Shown: piece after piece, positions 8,615 to 17,500 of the stretch
Numbering within the stretch: position 1 is the first letter of the stretch
Layout: every line of letters starts with the position of its first letter
Virus record (IMG/VR): IMGVR_UViG_3300027777_000051
Span: 1 to 50,724 of that record
Direction: 5' to 3' (one strand)
DNA from: a virus
Lineage: Duplodnaviria > Caudoviricetes
DNA length: 50,724 nucleotides
Notes under the pieces: generated by a model
What the model was told of the DNA's origin: nothing
The model's input: the letters and a program-made list of their open reading frames with translations, nothing else
The model's database searches: none
Position numbers and translations under genes: made by a program

Positions 8615-9142
8615 ATGAAACAATGGAATAGTAGCATTCGTTGGGAACGTAAGTCAGATTACATCATCACCTGTATGGAAGAACTGTTCGCTCCGTCGAA
8701 CGGTGGCTCTCCTATGGTGACTCTTGACTTCGAGGTTAAGGCTCCTGAGACTGTGGAGATTGATGGAGAAGACATCACGGTTGCAGGGACGAAGATGAAG
8801 TTGCGCGTGGTTATTGCACATGAGAATCCTGAGTATCAGGCTTCTTTCCGTGCGAAGTTCGTGAAGCTCCTTGCTGCGTTCGAACTCCCGACGGATAACA
8901 TCGACTGGAATAATCCGACTCTCGGATTCAAAGGTAAGTCTGTCTATGCGTTGATTGAGGATAACGCTGTGATTCAACGTGGTTCTCCTACGAAAGCTGA
9001 CCTTGCGAAAGGTATTAAAGAAGGCCCAGTTCTCGTGAATCCTAAGACGAAACAACCGTTGGTCAAACACTATCCACAGATTGTTGGTGGATTTGATACG
9101 GTTGAAATCTACGGGTTGGCTGAAGTTGCTGGTGCGTTGTAA
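8615..9142 (+). CDS. Putative single-stranded DNA-binding protein (DUF669-like)
   Basis: Position after the Sak4-like gene; SNGGSPMVTLDFEV and FKGKSVYALI patterns; similarity judged by eye. Confidence 0.5.
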   Translation: MKQWNSSIRWERKSDYIITCMEELFAPSNGGSPMVTLDFEVKAPETVEIDGEDITVAGTKMKLRVVIAHENPEYQASFRAKFVKLLAAFELPTDNIDWNNPTLGFKGKSVYALIEDNAVIQRGSPTKADLAKGIKEGPVLVNPKTKQPLVKHYPQIVGGFDTVEIYGLAEVAGAL

Positions 9143-9159
9143 GTAAACAGAACTGCTCT

Positions 9160-9199
9160 TGTCCCGTAGCAGGATAATATACGGGACACCTTTAATTTT
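9160..9199 (+). terminator. Putative intrinsic terminator
   Basis: TGTCCCGTA/TACGGGACA stem followed by CCTTTAATTTT. Confidence 0.55.
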
Positions 9200-9430
9200 A
9201 TGAACAAAACATATGAACAAGTGATGGATGAGTTAGCTAGTTCAAAACTACAAACAGAAAGTTTACTAAAAGAACTTAAGCCATTAACTCCGACATTTAT
9301 TTGGGTTGCATTCTTTGAAAATTCCAGTAATGTTGTGTGTTTGACAGAAGAAGAAGCCAAGGCTTGTTATCCCTTAATTAGAAAATCATACAATAAATAT
9401 ATACTAGACAATGCTCCGCTCACCTCCTAA
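9200..9430 (+). CDS. Hypothetical protein
   Basis: 76-aa ORF overlapping the polymerase start. Confidence 0.6.
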   Translation: MNKTYEQVMDELASSKLQTESLLKELKPLTPTFIWVAFFENSSNVVCLTEEEAKACYPLIRKSYNKYILDNAPLTS

Positions 9431-10985
9431 ACTCAAATACTCCGGCCTGACTATCGTGATGAGCAATCCATCTCGTATGGATACCCATCGCCTTATGTCA
9501 GGTAATGGTGGGAGTATGATGGATGGATTCTGTCTCCGTCCTGAGATGAATAGTATGATGTGTGATGTGAGACTTAAAGATGAAACTGCTCCACTACTAC
9601 CGGAAACAAAATGTTTGCTTGTGCTTGGTGAAGCTGCCATGCACAAATACTTTCCTGATACTCTGGGTAATACGATACACGAAATGAGGGGTAGCCTCTT
9701 CTCGTATAAAGGTATCCCGACTATCTGTTCGTATCTCCCACAAGATGCAGTTGACATATACAAAAATTATGAAAAAGAACATAACCCACTATCTATGGAT
9801 TATACGCCAGACGATAGTTTATCAGAAGACGGTGAGGAAGATGAGGGCGATGTCAAGAGACACGGTAAGACCAAGCGGACTAACTATGCGTTTTGGCTCA
9901 GGGCAGACGTTCGGAAGTGTAAATATTTACTATCTGTCTCTGGAGAGAATTCTATTTCTGTCCCAGCTTGGATGCTTCTCTCAGCAAGAGAGGGACATAA
10001 TCAATGCAGAGTATTTCCCGGCTCCTCAGAAGTTATCAAAGTCCTCACGGAAACGAAAAACCAAGAACTCTTCTTCGACATAGAGACTGATTATGAGCAA
10101 CAAAATCTACAATGCTTTTCGTTCTGTTTCGGAGACGGGATTATTTATTCTGTCCCTATCCTTGATTATACCTATCGCCCTGCTTATCCTGATTACTATA
10201 AAATTATGCGAGCATTGGCAGCTGCTGTTAGGGACAATACTCTTATTGCTCATAATGGTGCTTGCTTTGATTTCTTTGTCCTCGCATATAAGTATAAGAT
10301 TCCAATAAACAAGACGTATGATACTCTCATCGCGATGCACCGTTGCTTTCCTGATGTAGAGAAATCATTAGGACATTGCACGAGCTACTGGACATGGGAG
10401 AAGTTTCACAAGGACGAGGACTCTCATGGGTATAGAACGAACGAACAGATGATGGCACGGATGAGATATTGTGGGAAGGATGTCTATACTATGCGACTAA
10501 TTAAACGTGCGATTGACGAGTATGCAAAGACAATCCCAGGACTCCAGAAGTCAATAGACGATGCTATGGCTTGTATCCGTCCTTACCTAATCTTCACATT
10601 ACAAGGTATTAACGTAAACGAGACAATGGTGAATGAGATGTGTGCAGAGAACGACCGACTGATGGTTCAGTATAATCGGCTGACTGAGTTCTTTATTGGT
10701 CAGTCGGGATTGAATGAGATTCGTGGAGGGAAGAAGCTAGGTATGTTTGCTGGTTCTAATAAGCAATGCACGAAATACTTTCATGATATGTTAGGCTATC
10801 CAGTAGTAGCGAAAGGTAAGCCGAATGTTCATGGTCAGCAAGCACCATCACTTGGTAAGAAGGCATTGTATAAGCTGGCTTTGAAAGTAGAGAACCCTGT
10901 GATTAACCTAATTTGTGCTTATCGTGCAGTGAAGAAAGAAACATCAAGACTACGGTTCTTGCCGTGGGATATGGATAAAGTTTAA
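9411..10985 (+). CDS. DNA polymerase A, N-terminal part: UDG-like domain + 3'-5' exonuclease + thumb
   Basis: LLVLGEAAM...EMRGS...PTICSYLP (UDG-like fold); ExoI FFDIETD, ExoII AHNGACFD, ExoIII YCGKDV; QGINVN and SNKQCTKYFHDMLG. Confidence 0.85.
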   Translation: MLRSPPKLKYSGLTIVMSNPSRMDTHRLMSGNGGSMMDGFCLRPEMNSMMCDVRLKDETAPLLPETKCLLVLGEAAMHKYFPDTLGNTIHEMRGSLFSYKGIPTICSYLPQDAVDIYKNYEKEHNPLSMDYTPDDSLSEDGEEDEGDVKRHGKTKRTNYAFWLRADVRKCKYLLSVSGENSISVPAWMLLSAREGHNQCRVFPGSSEVIKVLTETKNQELFFDIETDYEQQNLQCFSFCFGDGIIYSVPILDYTYRPAYPDYYKIMRALAAAVRDNTLIAHNGACFDFFVLAYKYKIPINKTYDTLIAMHRCFPDVEKSLGHCTSYWTWEKFHKDEDSHGYRTNEQMMARMRYCGKDVYTMRLIKRAIDEYAKTIPGLQKSIDDAMACIRPYLIFTLQGINVNETMVNEMCAENDRLMVQYNRLTEFFIGQSGLNEIRGGKKLGMFAGSNKQCTKYFHDMLGYPVVAKGKPNVHGQQAPSLGKKALYKLALKVENPVINLICAYRAVKKETSRLRFLPWDMDKV

Positions 10986-10986
10986 T

Positions 10987-12150
10987 ATGCGTGACTCATG
11001 CCAATTTCAAATCGGGGGTCCTAAAACCTTCAGATTAGGTAGTAGGGCTATCATGAAAAAGCCCCGTCTAGTCCCATCTACTAACGAGATTAAAGACCGT
11101 GGTCTGGGCGGGAACTTACAGAACATTGAGAAGTCAATGCGCGAGATTTATATCCCAGACGGTTTCACTCCAGTCTTGAAAGATAAATGTTCATACTACA
11201 TGGCATCTGGCGACCTATCTATATTCACTGACGAGGAGCTAGCGTCACTCAAGATATTCGTTCAGACAGACCAGTCAGGGGCAGAGGCATTGGCTGTTGC
11301 GTATCTGTGTAAGGATGGAGATTTCCGTCAGTTGTTTATTCATGGAGTTAAGCCTCACGTCTATGTAGCACTTCATGTATTCAAAGACATCTGGAAAAAG
11401 AAGATGCGTGAGTCAGCAATGCTTGGAGATATTAAGTGTGACATTGACGGGATACTTAATACTCCTATTCGTGACTTAAAGTCTAATCCTTACTGGAAAG
11501 ATTTGGACAGACTGATTAAAGATTCTGATAACTGGTCATTAGACCAACGATACTATTACCTAGCGAAACAGACGTGTCACTCAGCGAACTATGGTATTAC
11601 TCCTCAGCCATTTCGTATGAACATATTAGAGAAGTCAGGTGGTAAGATTGTGATTAGTTCTGAGGATGCAGAGCATTTCATTGAGACATATCATACTCTA
11701 TTTCCTGAGATTCGTGATTGGCATAGACGGTTACGTTCACAGGTAGAGTTAACGAAGATGATGTATAACCTTCACGGATATCCGTATATGGTTACGTCAC
11801 ATGAGACTCAAGAGACGACATGGAAAGAGTTATTCGCATGGATACCGCAGTCGTCCATCGGTATGATAACGAACATAGCGTTTGCTAGATTGCAAGAGTA
11901 TACAGAGTCTGAGAAACTACCTTGGGACAACATGATTAACTGTCATGACTCCATCCTATCTCAATGTCCTGTTGGACAAGAAAAGCTTTTAGGTGCTAAA
12001 CAGCAGGAAGTTATTGAACAGTCGTTCGTATCTCCTGTTGATGATGCGCCTTTTCGTATGCGGTCTGAAACACAATACGGTTTTAATTGGGCGCCTTTTA
12101 AGGCTCCAGACAAGAATAAATGTGGATTACGTGAATTAAAATTACCATGA
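10987..12150 (+). CDS. DNA polymerase A, C-terminal polymerase part
   Basis: TFRLGS, NLQNI, motif A TDQSGAE, motif B AKQTCHSANYG, motif C NCHDS. Confidence 0.9.
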   Translation: MRDSCQFQIGGPKTFRLGSRAIMKKPRLVPSTNEIKDRGLGGNLQNIEKSMREIYIPDGFTPVLKDKCSYYMASGDLSIFTDEELASLKIFVQTDQSGAEALAVAYLCKDGDFRQLFIHGVKPHVYVALHVFKDIWKKKMRESAMLGDIKCDIDGILNTPIRDLKSNPYWKDLDRLIKDSDNWSLDQRYYYLAKQTCHSANYGITPQPFRMNILEKSGGKIVISSEDAEHFIETYHTLFPEIRDWHRRLRSQVELTKMMYNLHGYPYMVTSHETQETTWKELFAWIPQSSIGMITNIAFARLQEYTESEKLPWDNMINCHDSILSQCPVGQEKLLGAKQQEVIEQSFVSPVDDAPFRMRSETQYGFNWAPFKAPDKNKCGLRELKLP

Positions 12151-13496
12151 CTAATAAGGAACGCTGGTTAGCATATACTGACGGACTTTCTTCACCACAG
12201 AATTACATAGATTGGGGTTGGCGATTCGTGATTGCCTCTTCATTACAACGTCGAGTGGCATATGGTGCAGACCCTAAGACTGGATACATGCCTTTATATG
12301 CCAATATGTATGGAGTATTATATGGGCCACCAGGAACTGGTAAGTCAATCTTACTAGACCAAGTCGGATTCTTTCTATCATATCACAAGAAGAAAGACTT
12401 CCACACAGCTAAAGCAACATCATCAAAAGAGGAGGCTTTTGTTATAGCTCAGACCGAGAAAACGAATCTTGAAATTGCAGAGGATTCTCTTATCAAAGCT
12501 AAGAAAACTGGTGAGACAGTTGACCCTCCATTATTCCCTTCTGCTCCTGATGCTACGACGTATGAGGCTCTTGTTGATTCGATGTCAGGTTCGTTTCGTC
12601 GGATTAACTATACGAAGGTATTACCAGACGGTGGACAGAAGCTAGAGGTGTATGGTCATTGCTCGATGTATTTTAAGTTAGACGAGTTGGGTTCGTTGTT
12701 TCGTAAGAAGGCTGATGCAGTAGTGAACTATCTGTTAGGTCTACATGGTTGTCCGAATGAGTATGAATATAAGACTAAGACAGCTGGTGAGGATAGAGTA
12801 TTGAGAGGCTGTTTGAACTTCTTAGCTGGAACGACGCCTGAATTTATGGAAGAAGTTAGCAATGACAAACTTATCGGAAATGGGTTCTCTGCACGTTGCT
12901 ATTTTATATGTGCGAATAAGAATCGCAAGACAGTATTCTCTCCACCAAAACTAACTAACGAACAGTTACAGTATCGTGACGAGTTATTAGCCCACATCAA
13001 AGAGTTAGCGAAACTATATGGTGAGGCTAAAGTGTCAGACGAAACCCGCGCTTGGTTAGTTAAATGGTGGGAAGATTGTGAGTCAGGAAAGATAGAGCGG
13101 GCGAATAAAAGTGCAAAGCTGGATAGCTACTATGCTCGTAAGAACATTCATCTTATCAAGACTGCAATGATGGAACACTTCGGTGAGTCAACTGAACTAT
13201 TCATTCCACAGGAACGATTTGAAGAAGCAGCAGAAATTCTGGCGAAAGAGGAAAAGACAATGCACCTTGCCCTTACGGTGGACAAAGGTAATCCTCTGGC
13301 GAAGGTAACGAACAAGGTGTATGATTACATAGTGAAGAACGGTAAACCAACTATGGTAGACCTTATCGCAGAATTTTGGGACGACTTACCACAAGGTAAT
13401 AAGTCAATGGATGAGCTATTACAGCACTTAATAGCTATGGACAAAATACAACAAGCAGTGCTAGAGACTGGAGCAATAACATATCAAGGATTATGA
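12147..13496 (+). CDS. DUF3987-like P-loop ATPase, putative replicative helicase
   Basis: NMYGVLYGPPGTGKS, TTYEAL, DELGSL, LAGTTP, GFSAR; follows the polymerase. Confidence 0.7.
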   Translation: MTNKERWLAYTDGLSSPQNYIDWGWRFVIASSLQRRVAYGADPKTGYMPLYANMYGVLYGPPGTGKSILLDQVGFFLSYHKKKDFHTAKATSSKEEAFVIAQTEKTNLEIAEDSLIKAKKTGETVDPPLFPSAPDATTYEALVDSMSGSFRRINYTKVLPDGGQKLEVYGHCSMYFKLDELGSLFRKKADAVVNYLLGLHGCPNEYEYKTKTAGEDRVLRGCLNFLAGTTPEFMEEVSNDKLIGNGFSARCYFICANKNRKTVFSPPKLTNEQLQYRDELLAHIKELAKLYGEAKVSDETRAWLVKWWEDCESGKIERANKSAKLDSYYARKNIHLIKTAMMEHFGESTELFIPQERFEEAAEILAKEEKTMHLALTVDKGNPLAKVTNKVYDYIVKNGKPTMVDLIAEFWDDLPQGNKSMDELLQHLIAMDKIQQAVLETGAITYQGL

Positions 13497-13639
13497 AAAG
13501 ACTATTTCCAACTTTTCCATTCTGGAAAAGACTCTGGTGTTTCTGTTTTCATAGAAACTATACAGCTAGAAAAAAAGCAGGATATATGGATAGTTGTCAT
13601 TGCAATATCTGTGACAATTACTGGTATGAACATAAGTAA
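13493..13639 (+). CDS. Small Cys-rich hypothetical protein (48 aa)
   Basis: Read by eye; ATGA overlap; CHCNIC. Confidence 0.5.
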   Translation: MKRLFPTFPFWKRLWCFCFHRNYTARKKAGYMDSCHCNICDNYWYEHK

Positions 13640-13643
13640 CAAG

Positions 13644-13675
13644 AAACCCTCTCCCAACTAAACGGGAGAGGGTTT
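13644..13675. terminator. Bidirectional terminator between convergent arms
   Basis: 12-bp stem AAACCCTCTCCC/GGGAGAGGGTTT with A/T-rich flanks at the strand switch. Confidence 0.85.
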
Positions 13676-13694
13676 GTAGTTTAGACGTATAGAG

Positions 13695-14549
13695 TTATGT
13701 CGCAATAGCTTTAACCCCAACTATCCGTTCACCAGCAGAATTAGAGCGACAAGTAAACTGTAACCACCATCCACCTAATGGACGAGCTGCACGACCACCT
13801 TCAATATGCCAGCCATTACCACCATCACACTCGTGTTTATAGCAAGAGCCGCGTAAGAATAGTTGCTCCTTCTTTACGACTCTACCATTATTATTTATTC
13901 TGGTCATTAAGTTAATGTCTTGATTCTTTCTGTGGACATGGCCTGAATAGAATATATCAGCATCATACTGTCCACGTGTGCGGGAGTTATCTATCAACCC
14001 GCGAGTTACTTCACCCCCTCCTCCGTAGCCATGGTGGTAGCATAAATCAAGGGCGACAGATGTATTAGAGCTAGAGAACTTAAATTCAAATGTAACAAAT
14101 CCTTGGTATGAACCAAGCTTGCAATCTAACTTCTCTGTGAGTTCTTGTAGAACATCAAAGTCGTGGTGTTTTAGGATAGCTGTCTCATGATTGCCATAAG
14201 TGATTAGAGCTATTTGTTCTTTGTATGGCTTATAGAACTTGTTGGCAGTTCTAATGACTTTATTTAGATAGTCTGACCCTCTATGTTCTTCTCTTATTTG
14301 TTCTTCTGATTTTCTCTTATCCCACTTCCCCTGCATCAAACATAGTGTATCCCCAAACTTAAATATAGGAGCATCTTTGATTACCGCTTCTGTATGATGT
14401 TCATGTATCGTTTTGTGGTCAGAGTGTTTGTTGTCCCAGTGCTCGTCTGACATCAATAACGCGTATCTAACATCGCCAGAGCGTAGGTTATTAAAAGTCA
14501 ATTTACTAACCTGTTGACTGATTTGTTTTATGTGCCAGTTATGTTTCAT
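13695..14549 (-). CDS. Calcineurin-like metallophosphoesterase
   Basis: SDEHWD, FGD, YGNHE, YHHG, SGHVH. Confidence 0.85.
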   Translation of the reverse strand: MKHNWHIKQISQQVSKLTFNNLRSGDVRYALLMSDEHWDNKHSDHKTIHEHHTEAVIKDAPIFKFGDTLCLMQGKWDKRKSEEQIREEHRGSDYLNKVIRTANKFYKPYKEQIALITYGNHETAILKHHDFDVLQELTEKLDCKLGSYQGFVTFEFKFSSSNTSVALDLCYHHGYGGGGEVTRGLIDNSRTRGQYDADIFYSGHVHRKNQDINLMTRINNNGRVVKKEQLFLRGSCYKHECDGGNGWHIEGGRAARPLGGWWLQFTCRSNSAGERIVGVKAIAT

Positions 14550-14560
14550 GTGTTAATGGG

Positions 14561-17500
14561 TTAAGGAACAGCTGATGATTTAACTTCGTTGATTGTCTTG
14601 TGTTTCATGTAGTCCATCAATTCTTCTTGTGCTGCATCTGCACCTTCCATTCTGCTGAGGTATCCGATATACTTCATGAATGACAATGGCATATTCTCCA
14701 TTGAGGGGAATGTAGCATACTCATTCTGTTTGAGGGACTTTAGCTTGGACATCATCACGTCAGGTTTGTCGTGGTATGTATCCATAATGTTCTGAACGAG
14801 GGACGGTAGTTGCTGCATAGCAGTAGGCAAGTCTTGTTCCATCTTGAACTTCTTCTGTCCGAGGTTCATGTATGGATTAGATGCTTCGTCAATCTCGTTG
14901 TAAGGTAATCCTTCTACCATATCAAACCGACGTAATTGACCCATCTTGTCAGATAGCATTTTCTTCTCGGCTGGTAGGCCAGTGATTAGTCCATGATTGA
15001 TGCCCTGATTGATAGCTATACGAGATAGCTGGAAGTTAGACGAGAGTGTATGCATAGTAACAGCCTTAGCCAAGTCTACCCAATTTACGTTCGGGTCGTT
15101 AGCAATAGCAGTAGAAACTTGGTGGAGAGTAGATGCCAAGTCAGATGCAACTTCATCCATAGGGAATGTAGCTCCTTGAGGATTGTTCTTGTATGCAGCA
15201 TCGAACGGGTATTTAGCTAACTGGCTAAGCAACCCACCAAACCCAGCGAACTGCATTGCAGCTATCATATTGTATGCGACAAGTCCTTTGTTACCTTCAA
15301 GTCCTTTGTCAGAGGCAGATATCTCAGCCAACGACGGGATGGTAGACTTCTTACCTTGAATGTCTTGGCGCAATTCCTTAATTATGTATCCGCCAATAGC
15401 AGCACCAAAGATACCAGTAATAAGAGGAGCAATATCTCCGCGTGTAGCAGGTTCATAGATGTCCTTCATGAAGTTGTTTGTCTGAGCGATACTCCAGTGA
15501 GCGAGGGAGAAGAATCCAGAGAACTCACTATCATTCAACATCCAAGCTGGCATAGAGCGGATGTCTCCAGTTCCGTGAATGTAGTTAGCAGAACGAGAGG
15601 CTAGTTGTTTAATCTCTTCTGGAGAGTATAGCTTATTTGGGTTGTATGACGGGTCGAGGTTCTTGAGGAACTTCTGAGCAGTAATATCTCCAGCCGCTCC
15701 TCTAGCTATCTTCGACGGTATAATAACCTCGTTCATAGACTGGACTAGTCCAGTAGATACCTTAGTAGTAAGGTCATTCAACGTAGACACTTTACGAATA
15801 ATCCGTGACGCTGCCTGTAACCGTTCTGCAGCAGTAGCATTACCATCTACCATTTGCATTGCAGAACGAGCGGTAAGTTTCACGACCCCATTCTCTACTG
15901 CAGTATTATACCCATGCATAACATTACCCACAGCATGAGTCACCGCTTTTGCTAATACAATTGGGTTAGACGAGAGACTAAGAGTCTTGACAATGTTAGA
16001 CACAGTCTTATGTAACTCTAGTGCTGGGCCAGATATAAAGGCCGAGGAGACTAACGAGGATAATGATTGCTCGTTACCTTCTGCGGGAGAGACTGGTTCA
16101 CCCTTCCAGTGTTCGAGTAGTCCCTTCACAGCAGGATTGTTGGCGAGAGAGGATATTCCTTTATCACCAACTACCTTATTATTCCATGCGTCCTTGTCCT
16201 GTCCTAACGCTGCTAATACGTTATGGTCTTTCTCCATGAACTCGTAGTGTGACGCGTCGATAGCTGCACGGTCGAAGTATCGTTCTAGGTTACGAACAGG
16301 GTCAGTCTCACGGAAGGAAGGAGGGAGAGGAGTTCCTTGAGCCTTGCGGTGGGCGTTGAAATAGTCTTGATGGGAGATGTCGCTATTCTTGATTGAACCT
16401 TGTAGAGACTTCTTATAGTTGTCAATACGCTCTTGAGACGCAGACTCAGACAGGCCGAGTGTCTTAGTGTTATAGTCGTGGAAGATAGCATCGAGCTTAT
16501 CAATCGCAGCGTGGTCAGTATTATTCCTATACGTCTGTTGAACCTTCTGATTAGCCATTCCTGGGAAATAGAACTCGTCTTGCTTGAGATTACGCTTCAC
16601 ATAGATAGTTCTACCATTGACGGACTTAGCTTCTGTGATAGGCTCACCAATAGACAGACGGTATTTACCAGAGTCGTCGATTAGTTGACGGGCTTTGTTA
16701 TAGAAGTTTCTTTCAGCTGCGGAGCGTAAAAGCGGAAGGCCAGATGTCTTAGTGGCGAGTTCGTGGTTGAAGGCCATCATGACACGGTCTTTCTGTATCT
16801 TGGACAAACCTTCTCCAGCTTGAACGATTGCGTTCTTCCAACGACCTTTTAGTTCAGTCTCACGGTTAAGAGCTTTCGTTGCAGAGTCAGCTAATAGACC
16901 TGCTGCTTTCTGTGGGATGTCACAAACCTTATCTATGACAGAACGAAAGGCTGCACCTATCTTACCCATGTATTTGTCTTTAGGCAAGTTCAATTCTTCT
17001 GGGGTATGAGACTGTCCTTCTGGAGGTTTGGGTAAAGACTTGACTATTGACTTCTCATTAGGGTCGAATGTTCCCCGATTGCCAATAGCAGACTTGATTT
17101 GTTCGGGATGAAACGCTACTACTTCATGTAGTATACCGTTCCCATAAGACACTATTCCATCGTATCCTTGAGCCTTAGCTTTAGCTTGAATTTCACCAGT
17201 TAAATTACCATTATCTTCCATGGCTTTATCTACCAAATCCGCAGCTTTTTCTCTAGGCATTCCAAGCTTCTCTAGTGCTTCTATATTAGACTGATGAAAA
17301 CCACCAGTTAGTATTAATGGTTTTTCAAGTTTAGCATATACTGGATATACCATACCACCTTTAACTTTTTCAGCAAACTGATTATTTGCTGCATAAGCCG
17401 ATGCAGTATTTTCATTTGGTGTTAGGTAAATACCCTTGCCAAGTGTTCCTTCCTTGGATTGTTTGAAAGAATCTATATCTGCATTAGTGCCGTGATATAG

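Noticed and set aside
10985-10987. Intron or intein explaining the polymerase split
   Set aside because: Only 1 nt separates the ORFs; no splicing elements
10988-11003. Antisense sigma54-like site TGGCATGAGTCACGCA
   Set aside because: Poor -12 element, inside coding sequence, opposite to transcription
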